Made by a program: the position numbers and the translations under genes. A DNA stretch of 44,560 nucleotides from a bacterium. Lineage in GTDB: Bacteria > UBA9089 > UBA9088. Shown here piece after piece: positions 16,562 to 24,993 of the stretch; the stretch's first letter is position 1, and each line of letters begins with the position of its first letter. The notes under the pieces are model-generated. The model was not told where the DNA came from, ran no database searches, and saw only the letters and a program-made list of their open reading frames with translations. The stretch is taken from positions 1 through 44,560 of the forward strand of contig JBFMDZ010000004.1 in NCBI GenBank assembly GCA_040753555.1. The letters run 5' to 3'.

Positions 16562-17509
16562 ATGAAGTCTATTATTGTTTCGGGAATAGGAAGGTGTGGA
16601 AAAAGTTTTTTGTCTATAGGTTTTGCATCAAACCTTAAGAATTGTGGGTATTTTAAGCCAATTGGTGAAAGGAGGCTTATTGGTGGCAAAATGATTGATG
16701 AAGATATCTCCTTAATGAAGGAAATATGCAAGCTTTCTTTCTCTGATGAAGAAATATGCCCTGGTCTTTTCTTTCCTGAAAAAGATATTTCTCTAGAAAA
16801 AATAAAAGAGGCTTATAATAAAATATCAGAAGGCAAAGATTACATAATTATTGAATCAGATCTTGTAAGGGGAGAAAAAAAGCACTTGGGAGCATTTCAT
16901 ATTGCCAAAGCATTAAATACAAAGATTGTCCTTGTTATTGAGGAAAAGAATGGATGGGAAGATGAAATGGCATTTTTAAAGGAATCAGGAGGCGAGGTTA
17001 TCCTTGGTGTGGTATTAAATAAGGCTTCTCAAACAATTAAGGGTAATGAATTTTTAGGAATTATTCCAAAAAGGGAGGAATTTTTTTCAATCTCTGTATC
17101 TCAAATTCAAGAGGCATTGGATGCAAATGTTTTAGCAGGAGACGATGGCATTTCAAAAATGGTTGAACATATCCTTGTTGGAGCAATGACCCCTCAATAT
17201 GCCCTAGGATATTTTGAAAGAACAGATAAAAAGGCAGTAATTACTGGAGGAGACAGGACAGACCTTATTCTTTCAGCCTTAACAGAAGATACATCCTGCA
17301 TTATTACAACAGGCGATATTATTCCCTCACCCGAGGTTATAAGAAAGGCAGAAATAAGAAAAATTCCTATTCTTTCTGTCTCGTGGGACACATTAACAAC
17401 AGCAGATAAGATTGAAAGAATAATTCCAAGAATAAGCCCTGATAATAAGGCAAAGCTTTCTTTGATAAAAGAGCTTACCGAACCTTTAGCCGATGCAATA
17501 TTTAAGTAA
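16562..17509 (+). CDS. Stand-alone BioD-like/DRTGG protein (phosphotransacetylase N-terminal family)
   Basis: P-loop SGIGRCGKS, GYFKPIG, ILVGAM and AVITGGDRTDL. Confidence 0.85.
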   Translation: MKSIIVSGIGRCGKSFLSIGFASNLKNCGYFKPIGERRLIGGKMIDEDISLMKEICKLSFSDEEICPGLFFPEKDISLEKIKEAYNKISEGKDYIIIESDLVRGEKKHLGAFHIAKALNTKIVLVIEEKNGWEDEMAFLKESGGEVILGVVLNKASQTIKGNEFLGIIPKREEFFSISVSQIQEALDANVLAGDDGISKMVEHILVGAMTPQYALGYFERTDKKAVITGGDRTDLILSALTEDTSCIITTGDIIPSPEVIRKAEIRKIPILSVSWDTLTTADKIERIIPRISPDNKAKLSLIKELTEPLADAIFK

Positions 17510-17528
17510 GGATTTAGCAAGAATTTTA

Positions 17529-17564
17529 CTGGTGCTCTGGTGCTCTGGTGCTCTGGTGCTCTGG
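17529..17564. repeat. Perfect octamer tandem repeat (CTGGTGCT)x4 + CTGG
   Basis: Read directly; it ends 1 nt before the DUF362 ATG at 17566. Confidence 0.9.
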
Positions 17565-17565
17565 A

Positions 17566-18642
17566 ATGCCTAAGGTTGCCATCCTTAAAACATCCCCTCA
17601 AACCATTATTGATGATTATAAAAGGCTCATTCACTTGGCTGAATATGAAAAATGCCTTTCTTGCGAAAGAGACCTTATCCTTAAACTTAACCTTTCCTGG
17701 ACGAAATACTTTCCATCTTGTTCAACAGAACCCTGGCAGCTTGATGGCATCTTAAATTGTCTTATTGAAGATGGTTTTCTTCCATCAAAGCTATTTCCCG
17801 TTGAGAATAAAACCGTTGTTACAAACCCTTTAAAAGGAGCATCTGACAATAAATGGCTTCCCGTTTTAAAGAAATACCACCTTAAATTTATAAGCCTTCC
17901 TGAGGTAGAATGGACGGTTTTTAAGTTTAAAGAAAAGCTTCTTGTAATAGATAAGATATTTCCCGAAGGTATTTCAATTCCAAAGATGTTTATTGGAAAA
18001 GATATTCTACATCTTCCAACAATAAAGACGCATGGACACTCAATTACAACAGGGGCTATAAAAAATGCCTTTGGTGGCTTATTAAAGGAATATAGGCACT
18101 ATGCCCATAAATACATCCACGAGACATTGGTAGACTTACTTATTATGCAAAAAGAGCTTCACACTGGTGTTTTTGCTGTAATGGATGGGTGTGTTGCCGG
18201 AGATGGTGCAGGGCCTAGGACTATGATTCCTAGGATAAAAAATGTCCTATTGGCATCTTCTGATTCTGTTGCAATAGATGCTGTTTCTGCAAAGCTTATG
18301 GGATTTGAACCAATGGAGATTCCATATATTAGAATGGCTAATGATATGGGTCTCGGTGTTGGTAAGATTAAGGATATAGAGTTTATTGGTGATTGTGAGG
18401 CAATCAATGAGAATTGGAATTTTAAGGTAAAGAGAAGCCCTGTTATCTTTGTTGACCAAATGATTAGAAAGGGATTTTTACAAAGGTTTGAAAGAATCCT
18501 TCTTCATTCACCCCTATGGCATTGGGCACCTATTGCCTCAAATTTCTATCACGACATCCTTTGGTATCCAACAATTGGAAGAATAAGGATAAATAAATTT
18601 ATGAAAACAGAATGGGGAAAGCTCTTCAGATCTTATGAATGA
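17566..18642 (+). CDS. DUF362 domain protein (putative Fe-S oxidoreductase)
   Basis: ILKLNLSW, LPTIKTHGH..TGAIKNAFG, MDGCVAGDGAGP and DSVAIDAV. Confidence 0.85.
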   Translation: MPKVAILKTSPQTIIDDYKRLIHLAEYEKCLSCERDLILKLNLSWTKYFPSCSTEPWQLDGILNCLIEDGFLPSKLFPVENKTVVTNPLKGASDNKWLPVLKKYHLKFISLPEVEWTVFKFKEKLLVIDKIFPEGISIPKMFIGKDILHLPTIKTHGHSITTGAIKNAFGGLLKEYRHYAHKYIHETLVDLLIMQKELHTGVFAVMDGCVAGDGAGPRTMIPRIKNVLLASSDSVAIDAVSAKLMGFEPMEIPYIRMANDMGLGVGKIKDIEFIGDCEAINENWNFKVKRSPVIFVDQMIRKGFLQRFERILLHSPLWHWAPIASNFYHDILWYPTIGRIRINKFMKTEWGKLFRSYE

Positions 18643-20756
18643 AAAAGGCTATATTTTTCCTTCTTTTATTTTCATATCCAGCCTTCTCAGACCTTAAAAC
18701 TGCAAAAGGATGCTTTTTAAAATGGGAATTTAAAGAGGCACAATTATATTACGAAGAAGAATTAAAGAAAACAAACAATCCAGAAATATTATTCCCCCTT
18801 TGTATTTGCTATCAAAAGCAAGGAAACCTCTTAAAATTTAGAGATCTAAAAACGAACTATCCAGAATTAAGGGATGGTATTTTCTTTTTCTATAATGGAG
18901 AATACAAAAAGGCATTTAATGTTTTTAGTAAGGATAAAAGCAAATATAGCTATATAGGAATGGGTATGGTAAAAAAGGCAGGTGGTGATTTTAAACAAGC
19001 AGAAAGGCTATTTTTAAAGGCAAAACCTTTTTCCTTATCTTATATAAAGCTAGGAGAACTATATCTCCTTCTGGATAAAGAAAGCTCATTTCTTACAAAC
19101 ATTTCTGAAGGGATAAAGAAGACAAGGGATATAGACTTATTTCTTATGTTTGCAAAGTATCTTAATAGCAAAAGTAATTATGATGAAGCCTTAAATATTT
19201 TGAAAAAGATTACGAAGGACGAGCCAGAAAACATCATAATAAAGGAGGAGATGTTAAAAACCCTTATGTCTTTAGGAACAGAAGAGGAAGGGATATTTTC
19301 TATTATAAATGCTTCTAAAATAGATAGGACATACCTTGAAGGATGCTTTTGTGCATTTACCCAAAGCTATATTAGGGCATTTCGCCAATTTTCGCTTTGT
19401 GATTTCCCTCTTGCCAAGATAAGGGCTTTATGGATGTGCAAGGAGATTGGATGGAGACAAAGGGGTAAAGAGCTTTACAAAGAGATTTCTATTACACTTT
19501 CTGGCGATGGCTTATCCGATGTTCACCTTGCCGAGATTTACGCAAAAATGGGAAGCTATACAGAAGGTTTTGGGCACCTCAAAAATGCCTTAAAAAAAGA
19601 ACCTGATCTTGAAATTGCCCATTTTGCATTAGGAAACCTTTATTATTTAAATAATGATTTTATAAAAGCTTTTTTTTCATACAAAAAAGGCTTTAACCTT
19701 TCAGATAGCAAGAAATACTTTTGGGCTTACCTTGAGGATGCCTTTATCATAAGATACCTTCCATTATTTAGCCTATTTTATATTGCTTTATTTCTTATAA
19801 CCCTAATCCTTTTATTCATCACCCATTTTGTAGGCAAATTTATTGTAAGGGGCTATTTAGGTCTTAAAAGGTATATAGTAAGAAAGAAGTGGCTTATCTG
19901 GCTTTATCTTATTGCAACTGGTATCTTCTTTATCGCCCTTCTCATTGGAGGAGAAAAAATCAGGTTTGTTCCACTCATCGCATTAAAAGAAATATTCCTT
20001 ATCCTTATAATATACCTCTTTATTTCCGTTATTATTCCAATCTTTTTAATTCTTACCGTTGGCACACTTATAAAATGGCCAAAATTAAAGATATATCTTT
20101 TATTCTTTCTCCTTGATAATTCTTTGGATGTAACCATTGTTCTTGGCTTTGCTGCCTTATTTCCAATATTTATTCAATATCCACAGATATATGAAACCTT
20201 TTCTTTCTCATTTATCATTTTAAGAAGGTTTGGTTTATTAACAATCTTATTAGCCATGTTTCTTTTCTATGTTTGGTTCAATAGATTTGTCTTGAAAGGT
20301 TATAAAATGGTAGAATTAAATTATATGGATTCTGCTTTAGAAAGGTTTAAAAATGGCATTTTTTCTATTAAATTTATAAAATGGCTTGAGCCAACATATT
20401 CTGATATGGCATCCTCTTGCATATTAGGGATGGTTTTTATCTTACTAAAAAAGGCAGAGATTGAAAAAATAGAGGAATTATGGAAGCCTTTGTTAGAAAG
20501 CCTCAATGAGTGGTGGCCCTTAAATACAAGGGCAAAATTCCTTTACGATTGGTCAATTATTTTGTCTTTGATTATGCAGGATAGAAAATCTGATGCAAAA
20601 GAAAGACTTAATACTATTGCTTCTATTCCTGAATATAGAAATAAAGGTGGAATTTCTTTTCTTTTTGAGCTTTTAGGAGAGGCTTACAAAGAAAAGAAAA
20701 GAGAGGAAAAATACCTTTCATTTATTATGTCCTATGTTAAAGATAAAGGAAAATGA
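18639..20756 (+). CDS. TPR-repeat protein with a signal peptide and a C-terminal polytopic membrane region
   Basis: N-terminal signal peptide, TPR-like repeats (AHFALGNLYY..DFIKA) and about 6-7 hydrophobic segments after about residue 370. Confidence 0.7.
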   Translation: MKKAIFFLLLFSYPAFSDLKTAKGCFLKWEFKEAQLYYEEELKKTNNPEILFPLCICYQKQGNLLKFRDLKTNYPELRDGIFFFYNGEYKKAFNVFSKDKSKYSYIGMGMVKKAGGDFKQAERLFLKAKPFSLSYIKLGELYLLLDKESSFLTNISEGIKKTRDIDLFLMFAKYLNSKSNYDEALNILKKITKDEPENIIIKEEMLKTLMSLGTEEEGIFSIINASKIDRTYLEGCFCAFTQSYIRAFRQFSLCDFPLAKIRALWMCKEIGWRQRGKELYKEISITLSGDGLSDVHLAEIYAKMGSYTEGFGHLKNALKKEPDLEIAHFALGNLYYLNNDFIKAFFSYKKGFNLSDSKKYFWAYLEDAFIIRYLPLFSLFYIALFLITLILLFITHFVGKFIVRGYLGLKRYIVRKKWLIWLYLIATGIFFIALLIGGEKIRFVPLIALKEIFLILIIYLFISVIIPIFLILTVGTLIKWPKLKIYLLFFLLDNSLDVTIVLGFAALFPIFIQYPQIYETFSFSFIILRRFGLLTILLAMFLFYVWFNRFVLKGYKMVELNYMDSALERFKNGIFSIKFIKWLEPTYSDMASSCILGMVFILLKKAEIEKIEELWKPLLESLNEWWPLNTRAKFLYDWSIILSLIMQDRKSDAKERLNTIASIPEYRNKGGISFLFELLGEAYKEKKREEKYLSFIMSYVKDKGK

Positions 20757-21330
20757 AATAGAAATTGCTGTTTCTTGTTTAAAAAATGGAGGGATAATTG
20801 CCTTTCCAACAGATACAGTCTATGGAATAGGCGTGGATGGAAGGAATAAAGGGGCATATTATAAGATTTATAAGATAAAAAAGAGGGAAGAAGACAAGCC
20901 AATTCCATTTTTAATAGGGGATATTTCATATTTAGAAATGATGACAGGGAATGTTTCAAAGGAGGCTTTTAAAATGGCAGAAAGGTTCTGGCCAGGCCCA
21001 CTTACAATTATCCTTTATTCCTCTCCTGAATTCTTGTGGGTTAGTCCTAAAATTGCCTTAAGGGTTCCTAATCATTCAATCCCCCTTTTGTTGTTAAAAA
21101 GCCTTAAGGGACCAATTGCAGCAACATCGGCAAATATATCAAAGGAAAAAGAGGCAATAAAAGTAGATGAGGTTTGTTCTTGCCTTTCTTCTTGTATTGA
21201 TGTTATCATTGATGGAGGAAATGCAAATTTAGGTATTGCATCAACAATTATTGATATGACAGAAAAACCAAAGATATTAAGGAGAGGGGCAATATATCAG
21301 GAGGTTTTAAGATGGATAGAGAAACAATAA
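20734..21330 (+). CDS. tsaC: L-threonylcarbamoyladenylate synthase (TsaC/Sua5, short form)
   Basis: AFPTDTVYGIG, FWPGPLT, ATSANIS and ASTIID. Confidence 0.93.
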   Translation: MLKIKENEIEIAVSCLKNGGIIAFPTDTVYGIGVDGRNKGAYYKIYKIKKREEDKPIPFLIGDISYLEMMTGNVSKEAFKMAERFWPGPLTIILYSSPEFLWVSPKIALRVPNHSIPLLLLKSLKGPIAATSANISKEKEAIKVDEVCSCLSSCIDVIIDGGNANLGIASTIIDMTEKPKILRRGAIYQEVLRWIEKQ

Positions 21331-21578
21331 AGTATATCGCAGGTCTTTCTAATATTTCCCTTATCCTAGATGAAGAAGAATTACTAACAAAGGAATTGAC
21401 AAAAATCATTGAATACATTTCAAAGATTAGCGAGGTTTTAGAAGATGCGCCTTTTTATTTAGAAGAAAAAGAAAGGCGGATGAGACCAGATGAGGTAAAA
21501 CCAGGTCTTTCATCCATTTCAAGCCTTTCAAAATACATTGAGGATAACCAATTTAAGGTTCCAAAGGTGATAGAGTGA
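21312..21578 (+). CDS. gatC: Asp/Glu-tRNA amidotransferase subunit C
   Basis: IKYIAGLSNI, MRPDEV and a C-terminal FKVPKVIE. Confidence 0.85.
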   Translation: MDRETIKYIAGLSNISLILDEEELLTKELTKIIEYISKISEVLEDAPFYLEEKERRMRPDEVKPGLSSISSLSKYIEDNQFKVPKVIE

Positions 21579-21582
21579 ATTT

Positions 21583-21603
21583 CGGATTACAGATTACGGA
21601 TTT
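21583..21603. repeat. Three-unit 7-mer array (CGGATTA CAGATTA CGGATTT) between convergent gatC and murF
   Basis: Fills most of the 25-nt intergenic gap. Confidence 0.6.
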
Positions 21604-23217
21604 TTATTCTTCATAAGTATCTGGAAGGTCGTTTTCAAATAGAATGCAATCTCCTGGTTTAATTATCTTCTCAAGCTCTTTTTGTGCCATTTCAAGGCTA
21701 TGGACAATGATAATATTTTTCTCTTGAAATCTTTTTTCCATCAATCCATCAAAGATAGGCTTTGTTCTTTTTTCTCCTACAAGGATAACGATATCACAAA
21801 CATCTGCTGCTTTCTTTCCAAATTTTTTATTTTCTTCATACTCCTTTATTCCAAGCTCAATCATCCCAGGTGTTACAAGGATTTTTCGTCCTTTAAACAA
21901 AGAAAGGCAAGATAAAGCCTCATCTACCCCAACCGGATTTGAATTATAGCTATCATCAAGGACAAAGACATTATTTGGATTCCTTATCAATTGTAAGCGA
22001 TGGGGGATAAAGGAAAGCTCTTCTATTGCCTCTTTTATCTTTTTAATCTCTATTCCAAGCTCCTTTGCTACAGCAATCCCTGCTAATATATTTGAAACAT
22101 TATGCCTTCCCAAAAGCCCTGTCTGAAACATTGTTTCTCCAACCCTAAATTTTATCCCGGAGACATCCATCTCAACATCCTCTGCCATAATTATCCCTTC
22201 AGACTCCAGACTCCTGACTCCCGACTCCAGACTCATTCTATACCCCACTTTCTTTATCTTCACCTCATTCATAAGCCCCTTACAAACCTCATCATCATTA
22301 TTAACAATAGCAATTCCAGAAGGGGGTAAAGACAAAATAATCTCAAATTTTGCTTTTTTAATATTTTCAATTGTTTTAAACCTTTCTAAATGCTGAATTC
22401 CAATGCCTGTTAATACACCGATTTTTGGCCTTACCAATTTACAGAGCTTCCTAATATCACCCCTTTTATATGCACCCATCTCAACAACAAATACCTCTTC
22501 ATCTTTAAGCTCATTGTTAATTACCTTGCATACACCCATTAAGGTATTATAGCTTTCTTTTGTAATAAGGGTTTTGTATTTTTTTGAAAGGATATGTCCT
22601 ATGATGTGTTTTACAGATGTTTTTCCATAAGAACCTGTTATTCCTATTACCATTGGCATTAATTTTTTCATCTTATTTCTAGCCTTAATAAGATAGAAAA
22701 GATTAAAACCTTTCTCAATTGGAAATAGAAATATGTTTGTCAATATAAGGTTTATTCCAGCAATTTGAATGAATATTTGAAGGATAAGGAAATATAAAAG
22801 AAAAAGGGATGATGTAAAAAAAGCGATTACTGATAAAGGTATTAGGGGTATTAAAATAGAAAATACAATTAGCCTTTTTGCCCTTGCTGTCCAAACAAAC
22901 GGTTTTTTTTGCTTTTTTCTTTTACACCTTTTAAAAAGCCATATTCCAGAACCTATCCAGAGGATGAGAAATATAATTCTAAGATTAAAAGATTCAAGGA
23001 ATAAGCCAATGAAGAAAATGATTGCTCCTGATACAAATGATTCGCTATCAAAGGCCCTCTTTGGATTCTTAATAAGCCATCTTGCAAACCTTTTATTCCT
23101 ATATCCCTCAAGCTGGAAAATGTGGAGTAATGTATTGGTTTGAAAGACAAAACGTCTTAACCACAAAAAAATGGCAATGAGGATTAAAAGCTTATTTAAA
23201 AAAATCCAAGATTGCAT
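21604..23217 (-). CDS. murF: MurF-like Mur ligase with an N-terminal membrane extension
   Basis: GITGSYGKTSVK, SYNTLMG, VEMGA, GIQHLE, DDSYNSNP and TPGMIELG. Start codon uncertain. Confidence 0.8.
   Translation of the reverse strand: MQSWIFLNKLLILIAIFLWLRRFVFQTNTLLHIFQLEGYRNKRFARWLIKNPKRAFDSESFVSGAIIFFIGLFLESFNLRIIFLILWIGSGIWLFKRCKRKKQKKPFVWTARAKRLIVFSILIPLIPLSVIAFFTSSLFLLYFLILQIFIQIAGINLILTNIFLFPIEKGFNLFYLIKARNKMKKLMPMVIGITGSYGKTSVKHIIGHILSKKYKTLITKESYNTLMGVCKVINNELKDEEVFVVEMGAYKRGDIRKLCKLVRPKIGVLTGIGIQHLERFKTIENIKKAKFEIILSLPPSGIAIVNNDDEVCKGLMNEVKIKKVGYRMSLESGVRSLESEGIIMAEDVEMDVSGIKFRVGETMFQTGLLGRHNVSNILAGIAVAKELGIEIKKIKEAIEELSFIPHRLQLIRNPNNVFVLDDSYNSNPVGVDEALSCLSLFKGRKILVTPGMIELGIKEYEENKKFGKKAADVCDIVILVGEKRTKPIFDGLMEKRFQEKNIIIVHSLEMAQKELEKIIKPGDCILFENDLPDTYEE
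22200..22234. repeat. Five-unit 7-mer array inside murF (CAGACTC-type)
   Basis: CAGACTC CAGACTC CTGACTC CCGACTC CAGACTC, encoding SLESGVRSLES. Confidence 0.85.
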
Positions 23218-23923
23218 TTGAGAAATCAAAAGAATTGTCAAGATAGCAAAAGTGTCCTGCATTTTTTATAACAACCAGCCTTGAGTTTTTTATTCCTTTA
23301 TTCATTATCTTTGCTTGATAAAGGGGGGTTTGATCGTCATTTTCTCCCCAGATAAGGAGGGTTTCTGCAGAAATTTTAGAAAGAATGGGTTTTATGTCTT
23401 CGTTAACTATCTTTACCAATGTATCTCTCATTTTACCCGCCTCTTTGTAATCCTTTGAACCTATTTTTTGATAGACCTTTTCCTTTAATGCTTTAGGCAA
23501 AAGGTATTTTGCTATTTTTGCTAGGAAAACCTTAAGATAATAGGCTGGCTTCCTTTTTGGCTTAATCCCTGAGGGAGAAATAAGAACAAGCCTATTTATT
23601 AGCTCTGGATTATTGGAAGAAAGCCATATTCCTATCTTCCCGCCAAATGAATGACCGATTATGTTTATTCTTTTAATTCCAAAATTCTCAAGGAATTCCT
23701 TGATAAATAATCCGTAATCAGATGTTTGCCAGGCTAATTCTGGAATCTCACTCCTTCCAAAACCAGGCAAGTCAAGGCTATAAACACAAAATTTTGTCTT
23801 TAGAAGGTCAAATATAGGCTTTACCGATTCTCTCCTTCCTCCCCAGCCATGGAGGATTAAAATAGGCTCTCCTTCTCCATCTTTCTCGTAGTATGTCCTT
23901 ATTCCTTTTGCTTCTATAAACAT
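23192..23923 (-). CDS. Alpha/beta hydrolase
   Basis: LHGWG, DLPGFG, nucleophile elbow GHSFG, WGENDD and AGHF. Confidence 0.92.
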   Translation of the reverse strand: MFIEAKGIRTYYEKDGEGEPILILHGWGGRRESVKPIFDLLKTKFCVYSLDLPGFGRSEIPELAWQTSDYGLFIKEFLENFGIKRINIIGHSFGGKIGIWLSSNNPELINRLVLISPSGIKPKRKPAYYLKVFLAKIAKYLLPKALKEKVYQKIGSKDYKEAGKMRDTLVKIVNEDIKPILSKISAETLLIWGENDDQTPLYQAKIMNKGIKNSRLVVIKNAGHFCYLDNSFDFSNAILDFFK

Positions 23924-24993
23924 TGTGAAATGGGCTTAAGAAAAAAAGCCTCCTCAAAAGATTTAGCAGATAAAAATTTCTTTTTTAATCCCTCATAAGG
24001 AGGGAAAGCTCCCCCATAGCCAATAACCCTTCTTGCTTTGGCTACCATTTCAAGTTGCTCTTCCCTCCAGCAAGGAGAAACATAAGTATTCTTTTCTCTC
24101 GGCTCAAGTGGTTCATATCTCATCGGATAGCTTATTACTCCCCAGTCAATGAGGTCTTGTAAGCGATTTAAAAATGTCTCTGGTGTATCCTTCTCAAAGG
24201 GATTATTATACAAACAATAGACCAATATTTGCCTCCCATTAAAACCTGCTTCTTTTAACAGGTCAATTGCACGCTTTAGAGGCTCTCTAATTCCTTGCGT
24301 ATCATAAGCAAGTCTAATAAGGGGAATCTTTAATCTTTTTAGCCTTGAGATAACCTTTAAGTTTATCAGCCGAGCATCTATTCCTTGATTAAAATCTATT
24401 TCTAGATTGGATTCCTCAAGCTCTTGAAAAATGTCTTCCCAATAATAAGAGGCAAGGATATTGTTATCCCAGAGGATGACCTTTTTATGCCCTGGATAGA
24501 CCAAATGCCTTATGGATTTCTTTGGTCTAAATTCAGGCTCTAATACCCTGACTGAACAAAATGGGCAATTTCTTATGCAACCACGAGATGAGAAAACTAT
24601 ACTTGCCTTCCATTCAGGAACAAGGGAATAGTCAGGTAAAATATCTTCTGCCTCCTCACATAACCCTTTATGTATCCTAATTCTATCCCCAAAGGCTTCT
24701 TTTAAATGGTCTCCACACAATGTCGCATAAATACCTCCTACTGTAATCTTTGCTTTTTTATATTTCTCTAAATAGTATCTGATAGTTTGATGGACAGGCT
24801 CATAGGCATAGGTAAAGAGGCTTGTAATATAGATTTTATTGGGATAAAACCCATCATTATCAAACCCCCTTACAAATCTCACTTTGTCTTTTCTTTTTTT
24901 ATGATAAGCAGCAAGCTTAAGAAGTCCCAAAGGAGGGTATTGGGTGTGGTATCTTCTTGATTTTTCAGGTTCAACCAAAAGAATTTTACTCAT
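23914..24993 (-). CDS. Radical SAM protein with an N-terminal cobalamin-binding-like domain
   Basis: YPPLGLLKLA..ITSLFT..GGIYATL, SRGCIRNCPFC, DNN and DFNQGIDAR. Confidence 0.85.
   Translation of the reverse strand: MSKILLVEPEKSRRYHTQYPPLGLLKLAAYHKKRKDKVRFVRGFDNDGFYPNKIYITSLFTYAYEPVHQTIRYYLEKYKKAKITVGGIYATLCGDHLKEAFGDRIRIHKGLCEEAEDILPDYSLVPEWKASIVFSSRGCIRNCPFCSVRVLEPEFRPKKSIRHLVYPGHKKVILWDNNILASYYWEDIFQELEESNLEIDFNQGIDARLINLKVISRLKRLKIPLIRLAYDTQGIREPLKRAIDLLKEAGFNGRQILVYCLYNNPFEKDTPETFLNRLQDLIDWGVISYPMRYEPLEPREKNTYVSPCWREEQLEMVAKARRVIGYGGAFPPYEGLKKKFLSAKSFEEAFFLKPISQCL

Noticed and set aside
17194-17755. ORFs 17194-17634 (-) and 17540-17755 (+) with HQSTRAP / LWCSGAL peptides
   Set aside because: They are translations of the CTGGTGCT repeat in other frames and overlap real genes.
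21604-23262. ORF-track starts for murF (23262), herA (29902), RM (28217 TTG), MNT (32230), sxtJ (12844), GyrI (718), DUF362 (17548) and leuB (41386)
   Set aside because: Downstream ATGs fit SD motifs, stop/start coupling or promoter positions better, so the coordinates were adjusted.
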